Positions 1 through 10,069 of a stretch of DNA of 32,000 nucleotides are shown here, piece after piece. The DNA is taken from assembly GCF_023585785.1 (NCBI RefSeq), contig NZ_CP097765.1, forward strand, positions 150,001-182,000, given 5' to 3'. A program made the position numbers and the translations under genes. Below the pieces are notes generated by a model. That model saw only the letters and a program-made list of their open reading frames with translations. It was not told the DNA's origin and did no database searches. The DNA is from Blochmannia endosymbiont of Camponotus modoc (lineage in GTDB: Bacteria; Pseudomonadota; Gammaproteobacteria; Enterobacterales; Enterobacteriaceae). The first letter of the stretch is position 1; the number at the start of each line of letters is the position of its first letter.

Positions 1-2203
1 CGTTAGCAATTTTTTTACATTCAATAATAACAGATTCTGAAGTCACCTTGTTTGGTACTATTATAGAAATATCACGGAAATTTTTAGGAAATTTAGAAAT
101 GGTAGTAATTTTAGATAGTATAAATTGAGAAATCATATTCCACGACAATTCGAAGACTAGTGCCTGTGAACGTAAATTTAATTTCATTTGTATAGTAGGA
201 TGAATCATGCCAATATATCCAATACATATATTTTTCAAATAAATTGCTGCGCTTTGACCGGAATGCAATGCGGGATGTGTATATTTTTTAAATCTAATAC
301 AATGTAGCTTATTAGTTATGTTTAACAAAGCTTCTACATCTCCTTTTATATCGTAAAAATCTACTGGACATACTTTTTTCAGATCCCAGTGTTCATTAAA
401 TCTGAGTCCGGATCGTATACCAGCTATCATCAAATCTTGATTTACTTGATTTTCAGCATTTGTCTGTGGTGTAAAACATATACCGCTTTCAAATAATTTC
501 ATTTGTTTTTGTTGCCTATTTTGATTATATATTACCGTTTTGATTAATCCAGACCATAAAGATAGCCTCATAGTAGACATGTCTAACGTAATTGGATTTT
601 TTAAAATTAATGGAATTTTTTGTGGGTGTAATAATTTTTGAATATCATAACTTACGAAACTATATGTCATGATTTCTTGATAACCACGATCTATTAATAA
701 ATTTTTTATTCTTGATAACGGTATGATTGATGCATGGGACTGATCTGTTATTAAGTTTGTGCAAAGAGAAACACAAGGGATATTGTTATATCCATGAATA
801 CGTGTTATTTCTGCTATTACATTTTCTTCTATAGAGATATCAAAACGCCAAGTTGGTGGAAGTATTTTCCAGGTGTTGTTTGAAAATTCTGTTTGAAAAC
901 CAAGCCGTTTTAAAATATGTGTAATTTCTGAATCTAATATACGAAATCCAATAATTTTGTCTAATTTAGTTCGATTTAATATAATATTGGTAGGTTTTGG
1001 CAACATACTTTTGTTAGTTATGTTTATTATCGGACCAGGATAACCACCGCAGCTTTTCATTAATAATGAGGTGACACGATCTAAAGCTAATTTAGATATA
1101 CTTGGGTCTACTCCTCGTATATAACGAAAGGCATAAAGATCATGCATATGATATAATGTGGATTGACTCGCGATAACAGACGGAGTAAAAAAAGCAGATT
1201 GTAATATTATATGACGAGTTTCAGAACAAATAGAATATTTATTTGGAGTGATTGTTCCAGCAATTGATAATGGTTTTTTATAATCAGAGATGACTATTGT
1301 ATTTGGCAATAGTTTTAAACTATTATTATTAGATAATGTCAGAATTTCTCCGATTTCTGAAAAACGTATACGTATTATGTTGCCGTCAATTTTTTTATAA
1401 TCAAAAACATGAATTGGATGTCCTAGTTCTAGTAATACATAGTTAACAATATCTATAACTATGTTAACTAAACAAATTCCGCAGCGACGTAATTTCTCTG
1501 CTATCCATAAGGGCGTGGGGGAGGTAATATGAATGTTTTTTAAAATTCTTCCAAAGTATTGCGGGCATGCATTCGGAACTTCAACAGAAATAGGGATAGT
1601 ATCATTAATTGTTGGAATAATTGATTCTATTTTTATTTTTTTTAATTTTAAATGATTTATAGCTGCTATTTCTCTAGAAATTCCGATTACACTAAGACAA
1701 TCTCCTCTATTAGGAGTAATGTTGATTTCAATAATATTATCATTAAGACGTAAATAGTTATAAAAGTTCTCTCCAATAGGCGCATTTATAGGTAATTCTA
1801 TTATACCTACTGTGTGACTAATAATTCCTAATGTTGAAAAAGCACATAATATTCCTTCTGATTGTTTACCTCGTATTGTTTTTAGTTTAATTTTACGTCC
1901 ATTTGGTAGCATTGCTCCTACTTTGGCAACAACTACTCGAATATTTTTACGACAATTAGAAGCATCACAAACAATATTTAATAATTTATTATCCCCGTTA
2001 TTAATTTTTGTTATCCACACATTATGTAAATTAGGATGCATTTTGCATTCTACAATTTCACCAATAACTACTCCATAGAAAATATTAGTAACAGGTTTTA
2101 ATTCATTAACTTTAAATCCAGCCATTGTTAATTGATCAGCTAATTCAATGCTACTAATAGGTGGATTTATCCATTCTCGTATCCACATTTCACTAAATTT
2201 CAT
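1..2203 (-). CDS. pheT: Phenylalanine--tRNA ligase beta subunit; 3' end lies outside the window
   Basis: Minus-strand reading frame runs off the left edge, so it is absent from the ORF track. ATG at 2203-2201 has AAGGA about 8 nt upstream. My translation [34 protein letters not shown] matches the E. coli PheT N-terminus (MKFSELWLREWVNPAIDS...). Codons at the window edge (...[20 protein letters not shown]) match PheT near ...AENVPAADILSECKKVGVN. I did not check every internal codon for stops by hand. Confidence 0.9.
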   Translation of the reverse strand, partial: MKFSEMWIREWINPPISSIELADQLTMAGFKVNELKPVTNIFYGVVIGEIVECKMHPNLHNVWITKINNGDNKLLNIVCDASNCRKNIRVVVAKVGAMLPNGRKIKLKTIRGKQSEGILCAFSTLGIISHTVGIIELPINAPIGENFYNYLRLNDNIIEINITPNRGDCLSVIGISREIAAINHLKLKKIKIESIIPTINDTIPISVEVPNACPQYFGRILKNIHITSPTPLWIAEKLRRCGICLVNIVIDIVNYVLLELGHPIHVFDYKKIDGNIIRIRFSEIGEILTLSNNNSLKLLPNTIVISDYKKPLSIAGTITPNKYSICSETRHIILQSAFFTPSVIASQSTLYHMHDLYAFRYIRGVDPSISKLALDRVTSLLMKSCGGYPGPIINITNKSMLPKPTNIILNRTKLDKIIGFRILDSEITHILKRLGFQTEFSNNTWKILPPTWRFDISIEENVIAEITRIHGYNNIPCVSLCTNLITDQSHASIIPLSRIKNLLIDRGYQEIMTYSFVSYDIQKLLHPQKIPLILKNPITLDMSTMRLSLWSGLIKTVIYNQNRQQKQMKLFESGICFTPQTNAENQVNQDLMIAGIRSGLRFNEHWDLKKVCPVDFYDIKGDVEALLNITNKLHCIRFKKYTHPALHSGQSAAIYLKNICIGYIGMIHPTIQMKLNLRSQALVFELSWNMISQFILSKITTISKFPKNFRDISIIVPNKVTSESVIIECKKIAN

Positions 2204-2218
2204 TTAAGTATCCTTATA

Positions 2219-3211
2219 TTACTTAAATTGATCAAGAAATTGTAAATCATTTTTGAAAAAAACTCGTATATCGTCAATATTGTACTGTAGCATTGTTAAT
2301 CGTTCTATTCCTATTCCAAAGGCAAATCCTAAAAATTTTTCTGTATCAATATCAACATGGTGTAATATTTTGGGATGTACCATACCGCATCCTAAAAGTT
2401 CTAACCAATTTCCAGTTTCTTGTTTCATTACATCTATTTCCGCCGATGGTTCTGTAAATGGAAAATAAGATGGTCTAAAACGTAAAGTAATATCTTTTTC
2501 AAAAAAATTATATAAAAAATCATACAATATTTTTTTTAGATAACTGAAATTAACATTAGAATCTACTACTAATCCTTCCATTTGATGAAACATAGGTGTA
2601 TGATTTTGATCATAGTCTTTGCGATATACTCGTCCAAAAGAAATGATACGAATTGGGGGAGTTTTATTAGTCATAGCACGTATTTGAACACCGGAAGTGT
2701 GTGTGCGAAGTAAACGTTTTTCGTCAAGCCAAAAGGTGTCATGTTCATCTCGAGAAGGATGATACTTAGAAATATTTAAGGCGTCGAAATTAAAATAATC
2801 ATCTTCAATTTCTGGACCATGTATTATGGAGAAACCTAAAGTGTCAAAAAAAATCTTCATACGTTTTATAGTATTTGTTATTGGATGATGTGTCCCTACA
2901 TCCGATAACCGTCCTGGTAAAGTAACATCTAATGCATCGGTGATTAAGGTATTTTTTATATTTTTTGATTGTAAAATATTTTTTCGTTCAATAAGTAATG
3001 TGTATATGTCTTTTTTAGCTTGATTAATAGCTGCGCCTAATTTAGGTTTAATATCTAATGGAGTATCATTAAGATTTTTAATATATTGGTTTAGGTATCC
3101 TTTTTTACCTAAAAATTTAATACGTATTGCTTCTAATGCATCTATATTATTAGATTGCATTATATTTGATTTTGCTAGTATAACTAATTTTTTTACCAAA
3201 TCTAATGACAT
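2219..3211 (-). CDS. pheS: Phenylalanine--tRNA ligase alpha subunit
   Basis: Track ORF 2219..3229 begins at a GTG. By alignment with E. coli PheS the likely start is the ATG at 3211 (MSLDLVKKL...), with GAGGG upstream. Strong class II core similarity ([42 protein letters not shown]). Confidence 0.95.
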   Translation of the reverse strand: MSLDLVKKLVILAKSNIMQSNNIDALEAIRIKFLGKKGYLNQYIKNLNDTPLDIKPKLGAAINQAKKDIYTLLIERKNILQSKNIKNTLITDALDVTLPGRLSDVGTHHPITNTIKRMKIFFDTLGFSIIHGPEIEDDYFNFDALNISKYHPSRDEHDTFWLDEKRLLRTHTSGVQIRAMTNKTPPIRIISFGRVYRKDYDQNHTPMFHQMEGLVVDSNVNFSYLKKILYDFLYNFFEKDITLRFRPSYFPFTEPSAEIDVMKQETGNWLELLGCGMVHPKILHHVDIDTEKFLGFAFGIGIERLTMLQYNIDDIRVFFKNDLQFLDQFK

Positions 3212-3396
3212 AAATACCCTCGTGGTCACTATTTTTACATAGTGCTGTCTTTATTAATCTAATATGTATAATTGATAATTGTGTGATATTTTAATTTGAT
3301 TAACTGTGTTAATCATTAAATCTTATTAATACCATTTTTTTGTATTATCATTATGAATTTAATATTTCATGAACATGTATTTTTTATTGAGTAGAT

Positions 3397-3759
3397 TTAT
3401 GTATGTTCAAAATTAATCTTTGCTTTATCGATTAAAGCAGAGAAAGTCTTTCTATCAAAAATAGCTATATCAGCAAGCATTTTTCTGTTAATACACACAT
3501 CAGATTTTTTTAATCCATTTATTAAGTAATTATAAGACATACCGTATTTACGTGATGCGGCGTTGATGCGGCTAATCCACAATCGACGAAATAAACGTTT
3601 CTTCTGACGACGATCGCGATAAGAATATTGTCCAGATTTTATAACTGATTGATAGGCAACACGATAAGTACGTGATCTTGCTCCATAGTAACCTGCTGCT
3701 TGTTTTAAAATTTTTTTATGGCGAGCACGGGCTACTACACTATTTTTTACGCGTGTCAT
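3397..3759 (-). CDS. rplT: 50S ribosomal protein L20
   Basis: [30 protein letters not shown]... is near-identical to the E. coli L20 N-terminus. The track ORF (to 3828) has a non-homologous 23-aa leader. The ATG at 3759 is preceded by AGGAGA. Confidence 0.95.
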   Translation of the reverse strand: MTRVKNSVVARARHKKILKQAAGYYGARSRTYRVAYQSVIKSGQYSYRDRRQKKRLFRRLWISRINAASRKYGMSYNYLINGLKKSDVCINRKMLADIAIFDRKTFSALIDKAKINFEHT

Positions 3760-3832
3760 ATGTACTGCTCTCCTAATAATGTAAGCGATGGCATATATTG
3801 AAATTTGCACTAACCATGAAAACAGCATTAAT

Positions 3833-4030
3833 CTATATATATGGTAAATATTTCATAATTGTAGTTGAATAAATTTTAGGAAGTATATTTTTTTGACGTA
3901 AATGACGTTTATGTTTTGTAGATTTTTTTGTTAAAATATGGCGCATATAAGCATGCTTATGCTTATATTTCCCTAAAGCTGTTATTTTAAATCGTTTGTT
4001 AGCTGCTTGAAGTGTTTTAATTTTAGGCAT
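3833..4030 (-). CDS. rpmI: 50S ribosomal protein L35
   Basis: [17 protein letters not shown]...[15 protein letters not shown] matches E. coli L35 (MPKIKTVRGAAKRFKKT...HILTKKATKRKRHLR). Sits in the canonical infC-rpmI-rplT order. Confidence 0.95.
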   Translation of the reverse strand: MPKIKTLQAANKRFKITALGKYKHKHAYMRHILTKKSTKHKRHLRQKNILPKIYSTTIMKYLPYI

Positions 4031-4096
4031 AAACCAATCCCTATAATTTTTTTCATTATATGCATTAATGCTGATATATAGAAATGTAAATTATTA

Positions 4097-4639
4097 TTAT
4101 TTCTTTTTTGGTGCTAAAATCATAGTCATTTGGCGCCCTTCAATTTTATTAGAAAAAAATTCTACTGTTGTTAACTCATGCAATTCATGACGTATTCGGT
4201 ATAATATTTTTGCTCCAAGGTGGTGGTGCACCAATTCTCCTCCTCTAAAACGTAAGGTGATTTTGACTTTATCTCCTTCATTAAGGAATTTAATTAAATT
4301 ACGCAATTTGACTTGATAGTCTCCTTCATCAGTGCTTGGTCTGAATTTTATTTCTTTGACATGAATCACCTTTTGTTTTTTCTTTTGTTCTTTTGTAGAT
4401 TTATTCTTTTCGTATAGAAATTTACCGTAGTTCATAATTCTACACACAGGTGGATCGGAATTAGGGCTAACTTCAACTAAATCAAGACCGATGTCTTCGG
4501 ATTGCTTCAGCGCTTCATATAAACTAACCACACCAATTTGTTTTCCGTCTACTCCGGTTAGACGGACTTTTTCAGCACTAATTTCTCTGTTAATACGATT
4601 TAATCGTATTGATTGTATTTTTTTTGCGAATTTAATAAT
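4097..4639 (-). CDS. infC: Translation initiation factor IF-3, with a non-canonical ATT start
   Basis: The track ORF starts at GTG 4531, but IF-3 homology continues upstream in frame: (I)[43 protein letters not shown] versus E. coli [43 protein letters not shown]. There is no ATG, GTG or TTG in frame between the thrS stop (4643) and 4531. Tandem ATT codons lie at 4639-4637 and 4636-4634. GGAGG at 4652-4648 is 8 nt upstream of the first. The start is uncertain by 3 nt. Confidence 0.88.
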   Translation of the reverse strand: MIKFAKKIQSIRLNRINREISAEKVRLTGVDGKQIGVVSLYEALKQSEDIGLDLVEVSPNSDPPVCRIMNYGKFLYEKNKSTKEQKKKQKVIHVKEIKFRPSTDEGDYQVKLRNLIKFLNEGDKVKITLRFRGGELVHHHLGAKILYRIRHELHELTTVEFFSNKIEGRQMTMILAPKKK

Positions 4640-4642
4640 ATG

Positions 4643-5887
4643 TTATTCCTCCATTTGATGAAGACTGTAACTGTTAATTTCACGTAGTAATTTTTTTATA
4701 AATATATCAATATTACAGTTTTTTAATGTTTGACCTCGATATGTACGTATAGCTACTGTATTTTGATTCATTTCTTTATTTCCGCAAATTAACATATAAG
4801 GTATGCGTTGTAAGGTGTAATAACGAATTTTAAATCCTATTTTCTCATTTCTCAAGTCTACTTTTGTTCTTATTTTTTTATTTATTAGCTTTTTTTCTAT
4901 AATAGAAACATATTCAGATTGTTGATCAGTGACATTCATGAGCACAACCTGTGTTGGGGCTAACCACGTTGGGAAAAATCCTGCGTATTCTTCTGTTATT
5001 AAACCAATAAATCGTTCCATGGAACCAAGGATTGCTCTATGAATCATTACGGGGACTACACGATTATTATGATGATCGATATAACGTGCGTTTAATAGAT
5101 TTGGCAAAGAAAAATCTAATTGTATTGTACCACATTGCCAAGTTCTATCTACAGAATCAAGTAAAGCAAATTCTATTTTAGGACCGTAAAATGCACCATC
5201 ATTAGGTTGATATTGAAATGAAATATTATTGTGTTGAAGTACAGTAGATAAATGTTGTTCTGCCGTATCCCATATCGAATCTGTACCAATTCGCTTTGTA
5301 GGACGAGTAGATAATTTTACTAAAATTGTTTTAAAACCGAATGTATTATATATATCGTACATCATTTTAATACAGTGGTTTAATTCGTCGAATATTTGTG
5401 TTTTTGTACAAAAAATATGACCATCATCTTGGGTAAATTCGCGTGTTCTCATGAGTCCATGTAAAGACCCAGATGGTTCGTTTCTATGACAATTTCCAAA
5501 TTCAGCTATACGATAAGGCAAATCTTTATAAGACTTAATACCTTGATTAAAAATTTGAATATGTCCTGGACAATTCATCGGTTTAATACAATATTCATGA
5601 CTTTCTGAAGAAGTAGTAAATATATGCTCATGATAATTATCCCAGTGGCCTGTTTTTTTCCATAATGTATGATTAATCATGGCAGGACTTTTCACTTCTT
5701 GATATTTATATACTTTAAGTTGCGTTCGTATAATTTTTTTTAACTCTTGTAATAAAATCCATCCATTTTGATGCCAAAATACCATACCGGGAGCATCTTT
5801 TTGTGTATGGTATAAGTGTAGTTGTTTCGCAAGGTTGCGATGATCATTTTTTTTAGGTGTTTGTGACATATTTTGTGAGTTATACAT
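4643..5887 (-). CDS. thrS: Threonine--tRNA ligase, catalytic core plus anticodon-binding domain only; TGS and editing domains absent
   Basis: The 414-aa ORF aligns from [26 protein letters not shown] (E. coli [26 protein letters not shown], about residue 242 of 642, from memory) to the C-terminus (...SLHQMEE versus ...SLKQLEE). An in-frame TAA at 5899-5897 blocks any N-terminal extension. Confidence 0.9.
   Translation of the reverse strand: MYNSQNMSQTPKKNDHRNLAKQLHLYHTQKDAPGMVFWHQNGWILLQELKKIIRTQLKVYKYQEVKSPAMINHTLWKKTGHWDNYHEHIFTTSSESHEYCIKPMNCPGHIQIFNQGIKSYKDLPYRIAEFGNCHRNEPSGSLHGLMRTREFTQDDGHIFCTKTQIFDELNHCIKMMYDIYNTFGFKTILVKLSTRPTKRIGTDSIWDTAEQHLSTVLQHNNISFQYQPNDGAFYGPKIEFALLDSVDRTWQCGTIQLDFSLPNLLNARYIDHHNNRVVPVMIHRAILGSMERFIGLITEEYAGFFPTWLAPTQVVLMNVTDQQSEYVSIIEKKLINKKIRTKVDLRNEKIGFKIRYYTLQRIPYMLICGNKEMNQNTVAIRTYRGQTLKNCNIDIFIKKLLREINSYSLHQMEE
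4648..4652 (-). promoter_or_regulatory. Shine-Dalgarno (GGAGG) for infC, embedded in the last codons of thrS
   Basis: Minus strand reads ...ATG GAG GAA TAA CAT ATT ATT AAA.... GGAGG spans the thrS codons Glu-Glu and lies 8 nt before ATT 4639. Confidence 0.55.
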
Positions 5888-6310
5888 TATTATTTTTTAG
5901 TTCTATAAAGACCACAAATACGTGTAATTTTTAATTTTACTGTTTTCGATCTAATAAAATTCAGAAATTTTAGATAATTTAAAATTCTGATAAAAATTGA
6001 TGTTGAGTATGTAGTCCATGATATATATTTATATATTTTTCATGATAATATAACCTGGCATGTTCAATAGGGTAAATATTTTTTCATTTATAACTGATAT
6101 TTTATATATTTTCAGAAAATGATAGATACAGTTTATTTGGTTTTCTTGCAGATAACGTCGGTTATAATATTTGTATTCTTATTAGCAATCATTAGTCATT
6201 AGCTATGATTCTTGTAATTACTAGGTTACCTTGAGCAAGGTACAAGATCTATATCATAATAAAATCCTATGTTTGTTATTGGACTGAATACTATCTGGTT
6301 GCGTTATTAT
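5888..6310 (-). pseudogene. Decayed 5' part of thrS: TGS domain and remnant of the N2 editing domain, in several frames with stops and an internal deletion
   Basis: These minus-strand fragments are co-linear with E. coli ThrRS residues about 3-226. 6310->6257 IITQPDSIQSNNKHRILL* versus VITLPDGSQRHYDH. 6239->6192 LAQGNLVITRIIAND* versus AGRVNGELVDACDLIEND. 6192->6133 MIANKNTNIITDVICKKTK* versus ..AQLSIITAKDEEG. 6083->5979 KNIYPIEHARLYYHEKYINIYHGLHTQHQF.. versus [31 protein letters not shown]. 5928->5890 [12 protein letters not shown] versus LQRIYGTAWADKK. The fragments use three different frames. Confidence 0.7.
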
Positions 6311-6964
6311 AATAATAAACTAATTTTTTTTCACTGCGTGTCCCATTAAATATGCGCAAGAAAGTAATCACATGTTATCTTACATCATAGTCTGTATAAT
6401 AAACCCAATGTTTAAATTATGATGTATTAAAGCGACAATATCAATCAGATTAACCATTGTTTGCTTAAATAAATAATTTTTTACTTAAATTTAAATGCGT
6501 ATCCCGATAAACTTATAAAAGAGATACAATATAATTATATTGATTTTTCGTTTCATAAGGTTACAGCAAGATCATGATTCACTTATACTATAGATATTTC
6601 ATATAGTCATTTGTTATAATAGGATTGAATGTTTTCAACCTATTTTCAATTTTTCATTGGGTTCTATACCCACCCATCATGTAGAATCATTAAATATTAA
6701 ATATATCATTTATATATTTACTTATTATCCCTATGATGTAATTTAAGGATAATAATTTATTTTGAAGAAATAATAGAGTACCTGTAAAGATTTTAATTTA
6801 TTGGATGTTTATAAAATATTTTCCTCACATAGTAACATCTATTTCATTTTATCATAATATTATTGTGTGTGAAGAATATAAAACACTAAAAATTATGTTT
6901 AATTTAACTGATTTTTTTTAAATTATTAATAATAATATTAATTTTTAATTAATACATATATATT

Positions 6965-7153
6965 TTATAAGGAAGTGTACGAAGGTTCATTTTTAGAAAT
7001 TAATTCTTTTCTATGTTCTACCAAATGCTGGAACTTATGATTAGTAGTTCCTGTCATCTTTGGGTTTAATCAGTCTATTTGTAACAAATTGCTAACTTTT
7101 TCTATCTTGAGTTTATAAAGATTATGATTTTTTAAAATAAATAATAATTTTTT
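6965..7153 (-). pseudogene. Possible relic of a DNABII (IHF-beta/HU-like) gene, interrupted by an in-frame TGA
   Basis: This patch is less A+T-rich than its surroundings. Minus-strand frame reads KKLLFILKNHNLYKLKIEKVSNLLQID*LNPKMTGTTNHKFQHLVEHRKELISKNEPSYTSL*. It loosely resembles E. coli IhfB ...[56 protein letters not shown]. The similarity is weak and hand-aligned only. Confidence 0.25.
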
Positions 7154-8062
7154 TAATCAATTATTAAATACATTTAATAATTAAAAATCAGGTTAATTTT
7201 GTATTAAAATTTTTTATTAATATGTATTAAAAAATCTAATGAAATATAAGTTAATTTAAGTTTATTTAAAATAAAACACCCCAGAATTCTTTAAAAAAAT
7301 GAATATTTATAGGTCACTATATATATCTATTTTTTGATTTACTATATAAAGACACAAGGCACCATTTTTATAGTATTTTATATACTTTATCGCATTGTAT
7401 TTTTTATTTAAATAATCATATTTTATTATTATAATTTTTGATATATTGCAATGATGTAATTTTATCAATAATATTGATATGGGTTTTTTGTAAAAGTAAA
7501 CATACTAATCATAATAAGTTATAATATACATGATATAGATATAATCTGTCAACAATTGTCATTAATGTAATAATATTGATGAATATTAACAAAAATTCAA
7601 AATCTATATAATAATAACATTTATAAATGATAACAAAATGATAGATATCCAACAAAGTTTAGAAAATCAATAAATATCATTTTTTATGATTTTTGAGTTA
7701 ATGTTATATTGTAAGTCGTTCAGGATCATATTCTCATTTATTATTGATGCTGAGCTCAGTAAAACTTAATTGTTAAAACATTAAATGTTTGATTTATTCA
7801 TACTGAATTTATGATAATTTTTTACTATAATTAATATATATTGTGTTATTGAATTTATATATTTATACTTTGATTAAAAATTTTTTAAACAGATATCATC
7901 ATGATTATAGTAATTTTAAAAAGTTGTAAACATTCCTAATTGCATAACAAATAAAATGAATCAAGATATTTGTATGAAATATAAAAATTTAGGTATTTTT
8001 TTTAAAAAATGATTTTCAATTAGAAAATTTTTATTATTAATTCAAGATTTTAGTGTGGGATT

Positions 8063-8896
8063 TCAAAAAGATTTGACTAGTTCATCAATAGCTTTCATTT
8101 GTGTTAAGAAATTTTCTAATTGATTTAAGGGCAATGCAGAAGATCCATCACATTTAGCACGACGGGGATTGGGGTGTGCCTCAAGAAATAATCCGGCTAT
8201 GCCTACTGCTGTGCTAGCTTTAGCTATATCATAAATTTGTCTGTTTCTTCCTCCAGAAATAGGACTTAATGGATTACGTCTTTGTAAAGCATGCGTAACA
8301 TCTACTATTATCGGGCAGCCTTTGGAAACGTGATTCATTACGTTGAATCCTAGCATATCCACTATCAAGTTATCATAACCAAATAAAGTTCCTCGTTCAC
8401 ATAAAATAATGTTTTTATTGCTAAATGAATGACATTTCTTAACAATATGTACGATTTGTGTAGGACTCATATATTGTGGTTTTTTTATATTAATTGGCAT
8501 ACCAGTCTGTGCAATAGATGCAATTAAATCAGTTTGACGAGCTAAAAACGCAGGAATCTGTAGTACGTCTACTACTTCTGATGCAGTTTTTACTTGATAA
8601 ATTTCATGTACATCAGTCATAAGTTTAACTCCAAATATTTCCTGTAATTCTTGAAATAAGCGCAACCCTTCTTCTAATCCTGGTCCACGATATGAGTCAA
8701 TTGATGAACGATTTGCTTTGTCGAAAGATGCTTTGAATATATGAGGTATATTGAGTTTATGAGTTATGTTCACATAATGCTCGCAAATTTTTATGGTTGT
8801 GTCTCGTGACTCCAAAACATTCATTCCTCCAAATAATACAAACGGTAAATTGTTGGATACTTTTATGTCAGAGATATTGACTATTAATTGTTGCAT
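8063..8896 (-). CDS. kdsA: 3-deoxy-8-phosphooctulonate (KDO-8-P) synthase
   Basis: The 277-aa ORF has strong identity to E. coli KdsA ([75 protein letters not shown]). Confidence 0.95.
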   Translation of the reverse strand: MQQLIVNISDIKVSNNLPFVLFGGMNVLESRDTTIKICEHYVNITHKLNIPHIFKASFDKANRSSIDSYRGPGLEEGLRLFQELQEIFGVKLMTDVHEIYQVKTASEVVDVLQIPAFLARQTDLIASIAQTGMPINIKKPQYMSPTQIVHIVKKCHSFSNKNIILCERGTLFGYDNLIVDMLGFNVMNHVSKGCPIIVDVTHALQRRNPLSPISGGRNRQIYDIAKASTAVGIAGLFLEAHPNPRRAKCDGSSALPLNQLENFLTQMKAIDELVKSF

Positions 8897-9232
8897 GTAT
8901 GTATTTCCAATATTTTTTTAATTTTAATATTATAAAACTGTAAATTTATTAAGTAATAGCACTAATATTTATTAAAGACAACCACAGTATATCAGCTACA
9001 TAATGATCATTAATGATCTATAATTTATTCAATTAGATCCATTAATATATATAAAATATTAGTTAAATTTAATACTTACACAGCAAAAATATGATTTTTT
9101 TAGATATAAATATCTTGTTTTTACGGTCATTTAAGTTGTGATTTTTTTATTGGTTTTAATGTATTTATTTAACTCGCATTATTCTGTCAATTAAATATTG
9201 TACTATTTATTTGTGTTTATTAATATAGTATT

Positions 9233-10069
9233 TTAATGGGATTTCCATTTTCCGTATGTTACGCGTTCATAATGATGATAATCACGTATTGTATGGATAT
9301 GAGTAAATCCAAATTTAAAAAATAACGCACGCATATAATTTCCTTGATTCCATCCATGTTCCAATACCAGCCATCCATTCTGACGCAAATGTTGAGTGGA
9401 ATATTTGCAAATTACTGTTAAATCTTCTAAACCTTTTTGTTCTGATATTAATGCATTTTTAGGTTCAAAAATCATATCTCTAGATTGTAAACATGAATCA
9501 TTTTTATCGATATATGGTGGATTACTAACAATGAGATTAAATTTTTTCTTCCTTAAATATTTAAACCAATTTCCATATATAAATTTTACATTTTTAAAAT
9601 TAAGTAAAAGCTTATTTTTATGGGCAAGAAATAATGCCTTTTTTTGACAGTCTATTCCTGTAATATTCCAGTTTGGTCGTTCTGATGCGAGAGCTAAAGC
9701 TATTGTACCTACTCCAGTTCCTAAGTCTAAAACATTTAAGTGAGATACCTTTAGTAAATCGAATACATGTTTTACTAAGCATTCAGTATCTGGTCTAGGA
9801 ATGAATGTACCTGGAGAAACTTTAAGTTCTAAGGACCAAAATTCCTTTGAACCAACGAGATAGGCTATAGGTTCTCCTTTTTTTCTTCGATAAATTAAAG
9901 ATTTTAATTGAATAATAGTGTCATATTCTAATAATGATTCTCCAAATGCTAACAATTGAGTACGAGATTTTTTAGTAACTTGGCCTAAAATAATCTCTGC
10001 ATCTCTTTTTGGGCTGATGGATTTTTTTAGTTTTAAATTGGCCCAATGTAACCATTGATCCCATGTCAT
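9233..10069 (-). CDS. prmC: Release factor glutamine N5-methyltransferase (HemK/PrmC)
   Basis: The 278-aa ORF directly follows prfA. It has the NPPY motif (SNPPYID), the SAM-binding LDLGTGVGTIALA, and GEPIAYLVG..EFW. Its ATG (10069-10067) overlaps the prfA TAA by 1 nt (TAATG). Confidence 0.92.
   Translation of the reverse strand: MTWDQWLHWANLKLKKSISPKRDAEIILGQVTKKSRTQLLAFGESLLEYDTIIQLKSLIYRRKKGEPIAYLVGSKEFWSLELKVSPGTFIPRPDTECLVKHVFDLLKVSHLNVLDLGTGVGTIALALASERPNWNITGIDCQKKALFLAHKNKLLLNFKNVKFIYGNWFKYLRKKKFNLIVSNPPYIDKNDSCLQSRDMIFEPKNALISEQKGLEDLTVICKYSTQHLRQNGWLVLEHGWNQGNYMRALFFKFGFTHIHTIRDYHHYERVTYGKWKSH

Noticed and set aside
6330-6360. A possible thrS translational operator (tRNA-Thr anticodon-arm mimic) upstream of the thrS relic.
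   Set aside because: Only a 3-bp GCG/CGC pairing is present. No convincing stem-loops with anticodon-like loops were seen. The ancestral start region is itself decayed.
5888-8062. The idea that the large A/T-rich ORF-free tract is a replication origin or terminus.
   Set aside because: I found no DnaA-box (TTATCCACA-like) cluster, no ordered 13-mer repeats and no flanking origin-linked genes. The A/T palindromes there (for example ATTAAATACATTTAAT) are expected by chance at this composition. GC skew cannot be judged from one window.
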